Assembly (NCBI RefSeq): GCF_006345805.1
Contig: NC_043001.1
Coordinates: 55,738,001-55,802,000 of the forward strand
DNA from: Octopus sinensis
Lineage: Eukaryota
Length of the DNA: 64,000 nt
Direction of reading: 5' to 3'
Shown: positions 52,668 to 64,000 of the stretch, one piece after another
Position numbering within the stretch: position 1 is the stretch's first letter
Layout of the letters: each line of letters begins with the position of its first letter
Translations under genes and position numbers: made by a program
Notes under the pieces: generated by a model
Databases searched by the model: none
Seen by the model: only the letters and a program-made list of their open reading frames with translations
What the model was told of the DNA's origin: nothing

Positions 52668-53181
52668 CAGGGTGTCTCAAAATTAACAATCTATTTCAAT
52701 GAAACCAAGCAAATTAAAAAAAACTGACAGAATTTAATGTTTATTACTTAATTATGATACTAAAACAAATAGATTTATAAATCTTACATCAAAATTTTAT
52801 TGAAAATTTTCAATATGTGCTCCGTCTGTTTCCCTGTAAATTCCAAATCTATCCTTAGCGTTCAAAACATTTTGAAGTGTTTCAGGAGTTATCTCTGGCA
52901 CTGCTTACTGAATGAGTTCTTTAAGTTCAGCTAAATTATTGCCCCATCCTGAAGGTCAAGGTAGAGAAAATGATTGCAGCCAAAGTGGAAAAAAGCTGAA
53001 GTGGACAGATAATGGGAAACAACAGGAATGAAAATAAAATTATATAAATAAATCATAAAATTATAATTAAAAATTCATTCCTTTTTAACAGATATTAAAC
53101 ATGATAAACATAAATAAAAGAGAGTTTTTTTTTAAATTGTCCAATTTCACTGAAATAGATAGTTGATTCTGAGACACCCTG
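52668..53181 (-). mobile_element. Non-autonomous Tc1/mariner element
   Basis: TA on both sides; 37-bp imperfect TIR cagggtgtctca(a/g)aat...gaaa; internal NLAELKELIQ*AVPEITPETLQNVL..GAHIENFQ* transposase C-terminal remnant. Confidence 0.88.
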
Positions 53182-53814
53182 TATAATTGCACACATTTTC
53201 GCAAATATAATTTAAGGCCTTTAAAATAGAGATAATTAAATTAGAAAATAATTTAATTTCCATAGAATAATTTAATGTTAGTAATCATTATTATCGTCAG
53301 CATATTATACACAACACCTCTCAACATTTTGACAAAAAGCAAAGTGTAGGTTTATCACTTGAATAATCTATGTTCTTAATTTGATTTTAAATTGACATTC
53401 TCTATCTTAAGAAAAAAAAGAAAAGAAAAGACAGTCATTGGCATAATCAGTAGAGTGTATGACAGAATGCCTTGCATTATTTGACTATATATATCCCTTT
53501 ATTCTGAGTTCAAATTTTGCCAAGGTCTAACCTTACCTTTCATTATTTTGGAGCCAATAAAATAAAGCTCTAATTAATGGGGTAATCTGGAAAACCTTGT
53601 GCTTTGCTAGAAATCCTTATAATTATTGTTTGTATTAATATTGTTTAGTTTCCTTTGGGTATCCCATTGTTCTTGCATGAAGCAGGTTCCAAATGACTCC
53701 AACCTTCATTTCAGAACAAGTTCAGTTCCCTGTAAAGCTGTCCTACTCTCTAACAATAAATAAGGTACAGGGCCATACATTTAACAAAACAGTAAAAATA
53801 AACATTTAATCAAT

Positions 53815-54385
53815 ATAGAGAAGACTCGTCAAGCCAAGTGAAATCGTAGTAATGACTGATGCTGCTGTCATTTAAATGGTACCCATGAAATTGTAATCAT
53901 GGCTGTTGCTGGTAGCATGATCTTCAAAATGATCTTTAAATGGTGGGCCTCACAGAGGTTAGGGACAAGGTGGTGAAGTATGATCTTTGAATGTTGGGCC
54001 TCGTGGAGGTAATGACAAGTGACTGAGACTATGGCAATATGCAGTGCTTGAGAAAACTTGCCAAGCCAAGTGAAACTATAGTCATGGCCATTGCCAGTAT
54101 CATGTATATGGAACCCAAGAAATTGTAACCATGGCCATTGCTGGTAGCATGATCTTCAAATGAAATCATAATCATGGTGGTTACCAGTGTCATGTAAATG
54201 GCACTTGTGCCAGTGGCACGTAAAAAGGCACCCATTATACTCTCAGAGTAGTTGGTGCTAAGAAGGGCATCCAGCCATAGAAACCATGCCAAATCAGACT
54301 GGAACCTAGTGCAGCTCTCTGGCTTACCAATTCTAGTCAAACCATTTCACTCATGCCAGCATGGAAAGCAGACGTTAAATAATGA
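53815..54385 (+). mobile_element. Older RTE 3' end with a duplicated ORF2-end/UTR block
   Basis: KVVKYDL*MLGLVEVMTSD resembles EVVKHDLRTLGLT; gaga...caagccaagtgaaa...gctggtagcatgatcttcaaa occurs at 53820 and 54049. Confidence 0.75.
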
Positions 54386-55779
54386 AGAAGTTTTATATTT
54401 TAAATTTATCTTTTATTTCCTTAAACTATAAAGCACATCATATCTGTCAAATGTATTAAAAGGAGGTAAATAAGCTGTAACTTATTAAATGGCAGGATAT
54501 CTAAAAATATTTTTTTTTAAATCCTTGTTTGTATTCAATATACTAACACAATATTTTCAAATCTGCTCAGACTTATACTATGGAATTTCCACAGGTCCTG
54601 CTAGTTATTATCAATGTTTTTATTAATATTATTTAGTTTCCCTTAAGTATCCCATTGTTTTTCCCTTCTTCTTTGTGGACAATCTTACATGTAATGTCCG
54701 CACTAATCAATTAGAATTAAACCAAATAAAACTATGAGTGGTGAGAAGCAAGAATCATTAAATTAATGATTAACTCGGGTCAAGAAAGAGAGGGAAGACA
54801 ACCCTGAAATTTCAAAGAAACAAAAATTTATTAAAAACAGAATGTAAGCAAAGATATGAGAAGTGCATGTGATCTTTGCAGAATAGTGACAATGCAGGAA
54901 ATGTTTCAGTTTTAGTAGACCTTTTGAATGAAGTATAATGTCTTTACTATCACTACCAGACAGAGATGAGTTAAGATAGATATAAGTAGATTTGTTTGTG
55001 AATAAACAGTGAGTGGTGTGATAACTTGAAAGATGAATACCCAGGGATCGCCTACTGCCTCTATTTGTAATTAAGTCCAATATTTTAAAATATAAAAGAC
55101 AAGATATAGTTTGACAGTAATCACAGGCACACTCTTTAGTCTGAAGTCAGATTTGATATTAATCCAAGATAATCCATAGATGAAAGGGAAGACTCCTGTC
55201 ACTAATTCCTTCCCTCACTTCCTACATCTATTGTTTTTTTTTTATATTTTTGTGGAAAAAAATAATCACCTTGACAAATTTGCCCTCAAACAGAATAATT
55301 ATACGGAATATAAAACAAGCAACAAGGACACCAGAAATAAGATAATTATTTTGTCAAAGTCAGAAGATGAGGAAGAGAGCGCAAAATCTTTGTCCCTCTC
55401 CCACACCTCATATTTTTCTCTAAATCTAATGGTAGTGGCAGTGGTGGTGGTTAGAGAGGGAGGTAGTGTTACTAGAATGGTAAAAGCATTATCAATAAAA
55501 TTACCCTACACAGCTAACTCCTTTACAACGTATATGTATACATAAAAGATTACCATAGAGCATGAGTGAATGTTTGTGTGAAAGTACTTCTATTCAAGTA
55601 TGAGCATATGTGTGTGACAGTGCGTGTTGGAGTTGGAGGGAAGGAGGGAAAGAGAAAGAGACAGAGCAAGAATGTGTTATCTAAGGGAGAGAAAGACTAT
55701 ATATATTCCAGGGTGTATGTAGAAGTGTCAGTATGGACGTGTGTGTGAGACAGTCAAAAAGAAAACAGGGAGGACAGAT

Positions 55780-56115
<336 letters not shown>

Positions 56116-56271
56116 TATACTTAATTCTTGACAAGAGTGAGGGAGATTGGAGAAACTGAACAGGAAAAGACTACAAAAGACTCCTGAGGCCAGGGCAGAG
56201 GGGTTATAGCCAATCACCAGCATACACCAGTAAATGATCTGTTCAACATATCCATCACCTTTTTTGCCTCT

Positions 56272-56339
<68 letters not shown>

Positions 56340-56599
56340 TTCTCTCTCTCTCTCTCTCCTAATACAATTGTACAGGGACTGGGAAGAAATGATAGATATT
56401 TATTAATGATGATAATAGATCCAAAGCTATCAAATACACACTGACAGAAAAGTATATAAGAAACACGCACACACATACTAATGTATCCAAATACACAGAT
56501 TCAAAACCATATAGACAATATATGTATGTGTGTACATACACATGTAAACATATGCATACATACATATATATATATAAACACACATATATATGTATGTAT

Positions 56600-56656
56600 A
56601 CATATATATAAATATATATGTATACATACGTTTATGTGCATAAATACATTCGTTTA

Positions 56657-56698
<42 letters not shown>

Positions 56699-56725
56699 TA
56701 CACATACGTTTATGTGCATATATAT

Positions 56726-56759
<34 letters not shown>

Positions 56760-56779
56760 CATATATACACATACGTTTA

Positions 56780-56819
<40 letters not shown>

Positions 56820-57010
56820 CATACATATATACACATACGTTTATGTGCATATATATATACACATATATACACATGTTTATGTGCATATATATATATACAT
56901 ATATATATATACATATATACACATACGTTTATGTGTATATATATATATACATATATATAATTTATTCATACATACATATATATACATATACACGTGTTTA
57001 TGTGCATATA
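56600..57010. repeat. Minisatellite: catatatacacatacgtttatgtg plus variable (TA)n
   Basis: The core tttatgtg(c/t)atat recurs about eight times, separated by TA runs of variable length. Confidence 0.9.
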
Positions 57011-57107
57011 AATATATGCACATATATACAGAGAGAGAGAGAGAGATTCACACATACACACAAATATCTGTGTGTATGTGCACATGTGTGAGTATACACA
57101 TACACAT

Positions 57108-58020
57108 AACTTTAGAGCCACCACAATGACTGTTGGCACAATGCAAGATAGGACCAGAGAGATTACTGAAATGTAATGGCAGAGGCATGTAGACGCGTGC
57201 TGTGTGCAAGTGGTAAGACGGTAGGAGACCCAGTTAGACTCCTCACAGACAAGGAACAAAAAAAAAAAAAAATTCTTTTGGATAGGTAGCAGTAGTGGAA
57301 TGGATGGTGTAGGTATACTTTTGGCAGAGAGATGGATAAAGTAATTGAGGTAGTCAGAGTGTGTAATAAGATAGTTAAGCTTAGACATAACTATCTCGAA
57401 CAAGCAACAGTGACATTTATCTCTGTGTATACTCCATAATCTTAGCTGGCAGATGAACAGATGGAACAATTTTATGAGGCCCTTTTGCAGATTACCACAG
57501 TAATGAATAACAATGACCTTATTATCATGGCTAGTGACTTCAACAGACATATCAGGCAGCACCCCGATGGATTCCAGGGTGTATATGGTAGTTACAGCTT
57601 TAGTTCTAGAAATAAAGAGAGAACAACGTTGTTGGAGTTCTGTGATGTACTAAAGATGAAGAGGAATTGCAGGAAAGTTAAGAGAAAGTAGACTTTAAAT
57701 GTGGCACATGTACAGGAACAATAAAAACACCATGTACACAGATTGTCTCAAATGCTCAGGAAGTTTCGTAATGGTAGTAAGCTTCTGTTACCTAGGTGAC
57801 CTAATTACCAGTGAAAGAGGATGTTCTGAAAGTGTAGTTACTAGAATAAGAATAGGATGACGATAGTTCAGAGAGTTACTACCTTTGTTGGTAACATGTC
57901 TCAGAGCAAAAGGCAGATTGTATGATGCTTGTGCATGAACGGCAATACTAGATGGCAGAGAGATGTGAGCCCTGAATGCAGAGGACATGTAAGGACTAGA
58001 AAGGAATGAAGCTAGTATAG
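57108..58020 (+). pseudogene. Internally deleted RTE: AP-endonuclease (57108-57647) next to post-RT segment (57770-58020)
   Basis: TMTVGTM..VDACCVQ..KFFWIG..GVGILLAE..ISVYTP..IMASDFNRHI..LLEFCD; then SFCYLGDLI..SESVVTRIRIG*R*FRELLPLLVT, homologous to the 6918-7679 ORF. Confidence 0.88.
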
Positions 58021-58024
58021 TCCA

Positions 58025-58320
58025 AAGTCATGTGAGTGGATTTGGTAGATGGAAACTAAAAGAAGACTGTCATATATGTGTATGTATGTATGTGCATGTG
58101 TGTGTGTGTGTGTATGTGTGTGTGTCTCCCACACCACTTCAAAACCAGTGTTGGGTTGTGTATGTCCCGGTAACTTAGCAGTTCAGTAAGAAACCAGATA
58201 GAACAAGCACCAGGCTTAAAAAAAAAAGTACTGGGGTTGATTTGTTCAACTAAAATCCTTTCAAAGTAGTGCTCCAGTATGGCTGCAATACGATGAATGA
58301 AACAGATAAGTGATAAAAGA
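58025..58320 (+). mobile_element. SINE family A, 5'-truncated
   Basis: gtgagtggatttggtagatggaaac...gtgctccagtatggctgca. Confidence 0.82.
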
Positions 58321-60287
58321 TATATATATATATATATATATATACTCACACACACACATTTGTATGTGTGTGTGTACATTACATGCATGCACACAAACAC
58401 ACACTGAATGGAAAGTAATGCAAAAGTGGACATAGCTTTTTCATTAACCGACAAAGGTTGTTCAAACAGAACATATTAGTATAGTGACTCTTTTTATTGT
58501 AGGCAAATAATGGTTTGAAGCAGAAACAAAGTACTGACATTGAGATCTTGCTGATAAAAGGGTGCAGACTGCTCAACATACACAGATGGGTTACAGGCTG
58601 TTTATAGAGATGACACAGGAGTTAGGTGCACAGATGAGTAAAAGAAACCAAGCATTAAGCCAACCCAAACAGTAAGAGATCAACTGTAACTACTGATATG
58701 AATCAATGTGGACAGATGAGTCACAATCTGTGAGCTTGCTGAACAACTTAACCATGGTCACATTGCATTACAGAAGATGGCAGAAGACTTTGGGTATCAG
58801 AAAGTGAGTGTAAAGTGGGTATCTCAGCAACTGACACCTGATTTGAGGGAGGGAAAGGTGGATGTTAGCTCTGGTCTTTGACATCAATGTTAAATACATT
58901 TACTTCTATCAGTGACAGGGGATGAAACATGGCACTGCGAAGATAACTGGCGATATCCCCCCCCACACACACACACATGTACAAATCAGAAGACAGAGGT
59001 ACATGTGCATACAAGTGGTATGTGTATGCTTGAGTGTTTAAGGATACATAAGAAGTATCCTCCACAACATGCCAAGAATGTAGAAGACAAACAGAAATGA
59101 TCAGCTATGACTGTTGCTGTTTAGCCCCAAGTCGATGCTGATAGAGAATATAAAACTACCACTGAAAGTGTTTTTACCAAGACTATCTCAACTCAAATTC
59201 AAAGTATATCTAGGATAACATTATCCAACAGGTCAATCCTTTCCCAAGTTTTTAATATATGATCTGTGGGTAATTTAGCTGCCATTTCTACCAGCTCAAA
59301 CGACCATGTAACACCTTTTTCATTAAACTGTTTAGCTATGTGTAGTCAACTAAATCGCCACAACAATCAATTAAGTAAAACATCAAAGCAAGAGTTTAAA
59401 AGGAATGGGATCAACTAGTACAATCCTAAATCCCAGTCTATTAACATGGATTTATAGGTTTACGTTAAAGCTATCATCTTCTAACCTTCTAACCCCTATA
59501 TTTTATACTTTGGAACAATACCTACATTTTAAAGTTTACTGCCAGTCATAATCCTTGTCTTGCTTAAGCTTGCCTTGTAGTTTTTCTGTCACTCACTTCT
59601 GGCAAACAAAGAAAAAGTGTTTTGACTGAGTTATGTTGCCCTTGTTTAATCTGCAGGAGATGAGGTTTTACAAAGATTTGATTACTATTTCTAGTAGATT
59701 AAGACACTGTATCAGAGTCTGAGGAATTTAAGTTGTCTACTGGGTTTATTTTATGTTTATCACAAATGTTCTTAGGAGCCTTTATGGGAGCACTCTATAT
59801 GCGAGAAATAGCTGTGAAATCTCCCTCAGATATCACACACTAGTCTTAAAAAGTAATTATATATTGGAAAATGTAATGCTTGATATATCAAAGCCAAAAA
59901 AAAAAAAGAATAATTAGGGTTGGACCACTTTTAATCCTAGGTTCACTCAATGAGAGTTAACATCAACAACAACCCCTAACTACTACTCAAAATTATCTAA
60001 CAAACCCCTTTATAATGGCTACAGAAATTAATTTTGTTTGTTCAACACTGAGGTGAAACATGAATCATTTATTGTAGCCTAATGGTGAAAAAGCTTTGTA
60101 AATAAAACTGGGCAGATGGAAACTGTGTGGAAGCCTGTTATATGCACTGTAATTGTGTACATAATTATAAAGTCAAAGACCCAGCTTTGTCTTACACTGT
60201 ATATTGAGGATTCTACCTGAAATACTAAACCATGTACACAATAATACCATATTAAGGGGACCTGTAATTCAAAGGACCTACCTTCTT

Positions 60288-60350
<63 letters not shown>

Positions 60351-60504
60351 AGTGTTACTTTAAGTCGACCTGAGGATTATGTTATGGGTATAAGTGAATG
60401 AGGAATACTAATTCCACTGTAATACAATTAGTGTGTAATTCCATTAACTGAACTACTGGAATACTCCTCATAATCAACACCAGATCCATCATCACTTAAC
60501 ATAC

Positions 60505-60870
60505 AGGAGCAGGTGTGACTGTGTGGTAAGAAGCATGCATCCCAACCATATGCTTCTGGGTTCAGTCCCAATGCGTGACACTTTGGGCAAGTGTCTTCTG
60601 CTACAGCTTTGGGCCAACCAAAACCTTGTGAGTGGATTTGGTAGATGGAAACTGTAAAAAGTATGTCATATATCTGTGTGTGTCTAATTGTATCTGTCTT
60701 TGTCCCCCACCACTGCTTGACAACTGGTGATGGTTTGTTTATATTCCCGTAACTTAGCGGGTTGGCTTTAAAAGGTAAGTGTTGTAGTTGATTCATCTGA
60801 CTAAAAGTTCTTCTTGAAGGTGCCCCAGCAAGACCAGAGTCAAATGACTGAAACAAGTAACAGATAAAAA
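60505..60870 (+). mobile_element. SINE family A, full length
   Basis: Head and tail present. Confidence 0.88.
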
Positions 60871-62175
60871 GTACTGTGTACAGAATTCAATTAACTTGTG
60901 CAGTTAATGCCATGGAGACAAAAGAAAAGACTGGCCGTCATATTAACTCATTATCTCATGTATAAATCTAAATCATTCTAAAGACAATGCTTTTTGCATT
61001 GTCATCAGAATAAATTGTATTTATTCAGAGGTTTAATTCTGGGTCGCATTTGAACAATCAATGTTGTTTTTATTTAGCCCTCATTTAGTCTTGATTGAAC
61101 AGACTTTTGATCATAACCATCATTCTACATTTACTTTCTTCATCCATGGACACACTGTCTAATATGTTCCTCTATCATGAAGGCAGTAGGAAAGACCAGA
61201 CTTATTTTCTATCAGGCTAAATGACCACAGGGAGGCCCTTAATTATTTTTACAAACTTTCAGAAATTGAGGATTGTGATTATCCACTCTCCTAAGATTTA
61301 GATTATACTGTCACTACTCTAGTATTGTTGTTTAGCTTAAATTTCAATCCAGAGCATCCCAGTCTTTCTAGAAATAGTTACAACTACCTGATGCCCCGTG
61401 TTATTTGCTTTTTTTTCTTTCAGATAAATAAGGTGTGAGATGTAAGGGAGACTTCATTACTATTTTTAGTAAGATGAGCAACTGTACAGAAGCGTTCTTG
61501 TTGCATCATTTATTTTGGCATGAGTAAAGAAGTTCCACTGGAAGCAGCAGATGCATGAATCTCTTGGTGATTGTTACTTAAAAATCAAAGCAAGGTCAAG
61601 AGTTCAGTTAAATCCATATGAGAAGTTTAGACACATCATTTCTAAGGGAAAAAAAATAATAAATAAAATACATTCAGTGTTTTCAAATGGTGGAAGGACT
61701 GGTACTGATAAGGAGATATAGACACTTATAGATACATATATATTCTTGCACAACCATATACAAACACATTTCTAATACTTGTGTGTGTATGTATCTGTGT
61801 AAGATAGTAGATAAAATCACATCCACTTTCACAGTATATATCTCAACTTATCTCAAAATGTGGTATTTTTCACTGAAAGTAGTCAATAAATAATTAAAAA
61901 TTGATTAGAGCTATGAAAACTATGTTTCTGTGAACAAACAAAAAATTGAACAGAAAGGTGGAATCTGTAAACCAGTAATAAATGATTATAAAATAGATGC
62001 ATATTCACACATATATACATATTCGAATTTTATACATCAACATGCTTCAGTGCAGAAAATATATTAATAAAAAAAAATCACCTAATAACAGTTTTACACT
62101 AGCTGTAGCATAATATTAATCGTCAGAAGCATCAACACAACCACCATAATCCCCATCATGTTAGTCATTCTTACC

Positions 62176-62215
<40 letters not shown>

Positions 62216-62264
62216 GTATGTATATATACTACAGAGGATATCCATAGACTTGAAAGAAATTAAG

Positions 62265-62745
62265 CCAGCATGCTCTGTTGAATGGGTAATGTCAGTGTGC
62301 ATGTACAACAGACTGTAAATGATTTAAGAGAAAAATTGGGTTTAAGACGCATCAAATGTAGTGTGCAAGAGAAAGTCTGTGCCGGTATGGTCATGTGATG
62401 CATATGGATGAGGACAGCTGCATAAAAAAGTGCCAATTTCTAATAGTGGAGGGAACTTGTGGAAGTGGTAGACTCAGAAAGATGTGGGATGAAATGATGA
62501 GAAATGATCTTCGAATGCTGAGCCTCACAAGGATGTAAAAAGCACCTGTGCTGGTGCCATGTAGAAAGCACATGTAATAGTGTCATGTAAAAAAGTACCT
62601 GTGCAGGTAAAGTGGTTAGTGTTAGGAAGGGCATCCAGCTACAAAACAGACAATTAGAGCTGGTGCATCTCTCTAGATTCCCAACTCCTGTCAAACCATC
62701 CAACTCATGCCAGCATGGAAAATGGATGTGAGATAATAATGATGA
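62265..62745 (+). mobile_element. Degenerate RTE ORF2 end plus 3' tail
   Basis: YGHVMHMDEDSCIKKCQFLIVEGTCGSGRLRKMWDEMMRNDLRML, then the family 3' tail. Confidence 0.85.
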
Positions 62746-63131
62746 CAATGTAGGTTTCAAGTGGTTATGTAACAGCTTGTTACATATGTACTACTCTCAT
62801 CAGTTGATTATAAGAGAAATAATAACAGTTTGATCTATTCCTACTTGGATAACAAGACAGGTAAATGAAAGGAATGTTAATCAAGACACTGAGTTGAAAT
62901 TATCTGATACAGCATCCATATATACACACATAAATGCACACATATATGATGTATGTGTGTGTGTTGATATTTTATGTGTGTGTATATATATATCATTGTA
63001 AAGTGATTGATGAAAAGCTGAGAACTAGCTCTTCACTACCCACCTACATAAATAAGTGAAAAGTAGCATCAGGGGTTAGTGTGTAAGCCAGAAAGAACAA
63101 GAGAGAGAATGATAGGATAACAGAGAGATTT

Positions 63132-63167
<36 letters not shown>

Positions 63168-63945
63168 TCATACATATACATATGTATCGGTGAGAGAGAA
63201 AGATATTACAGAATAAATATTTTAATGTGTTTAGTTTCTTGTTCTGTGATTCTGGCTTCAGTTTTTGTTGATTTTATTTTCTAGCTTTCTCAATTTAATA
63301 TAAAAAATTATCAAACAGGAATTTAAGATCGAAAGATAAAGGATGTGTTGTAATTTACTTACAAATATGTTTCCATCGCTATATATTAATTTAATGTAAA
63401 TGGTATTTATAAGTCTGTTGTGAAGTCTCAAAATTATAATAATATCTTCTAGTTATTTGGTTTATTTGCAGTGATCATTAGCTACAGTTATAATATGATT
63501 ACATTTCAGATGAGACCCAATGCTGTTAACATCAGCAAGTGGTTAAATGGTTTTGAGAGAGATCCATCATTTTAGTAATGATAAATAAGTTTATAGCTCC
63601 CAGTGGTCTCTTAGATCTTGTTTTCTGTACACGAGTGAGTTACTGAAGAAGATAATTAGGCCAAGGTATACATAATGTGTAGATAACTATTTCAAGAATA
63701 GAAACTGTTTGGGAGATATTTGATTGGACTCAAACTCTAAAGGCTGCTGTGTTACAAAGTTTCAGACATGATCTTTCAAATTTGATAGACTATTGAATGA
63801 ATCGCTATTTTGTGAGATTTTTGCAGTTCATTAACTCTTGGTTTTCTATGAGGATATGGTAATTTCTAACAAATAATAGGAAATTCATTTGAGAAATAAA
63901 ATGTGCCATTATATTTTCATCAAGATTTGCAGGAATAAAGATTAC

Positions 63946-64000
63946 CTGTCTACATGTGTGAAGACAGAGCTCTGTTTAATAAGCAAGAGCCTTTTGGGAG
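63946..64000 (-). CDS. Candidate exon 3' end (PKRLLLIKQSSVFTHVD), possibly continuing beyond the window
   Basis: CAG|gtaatc donor; the only frame open to the window edge ends in phase 2. Confidence 0.3.

Overview
This window is AT-rich, microsatellite-dense eukaryotic DNA with no operon, rRNA, CRISPR or confidently nameable host gene. The repeat content (abundant tRNA-derived SINEs, RTE LINEs, Penelope, Tc1/mariner and TTAA-flanked MITEs) resembles an octopus/cephalopod genome; this is recognition from memory, not a database result. Most ORFs in the supplied track are translations of (TA)n/(CA)n tracts. Coding remnants I can support are all transposon-derived: an uninterrupted 254-codon RTE ORF2 3' part (6918-7679), a BovB-like RTE C-terminus with three C2H2 fingers (35258-35692), an RTE endonuclease plus RT fragment (57108-58020), a Penelope GIY-YIG endonuclease (25178-25750) and mariner/Tc1 transposase pieces. 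The most unusual structure is a 2.7-kb RTE copy (36105-38815). Its ORF2-stop/3'UTR segment has been amplified into a six-unit tandem array with one shared junction and a dimeric higher-order pattern; a second, older RTE copy (53815-54385) is duplicated at the same boundary. There is also a low-confidence chain of phase-compatible minus-strand exons and micro-exons spanning the window. Repeat boundaries are by eye and approximate unless a TSD or TIR is quoted.
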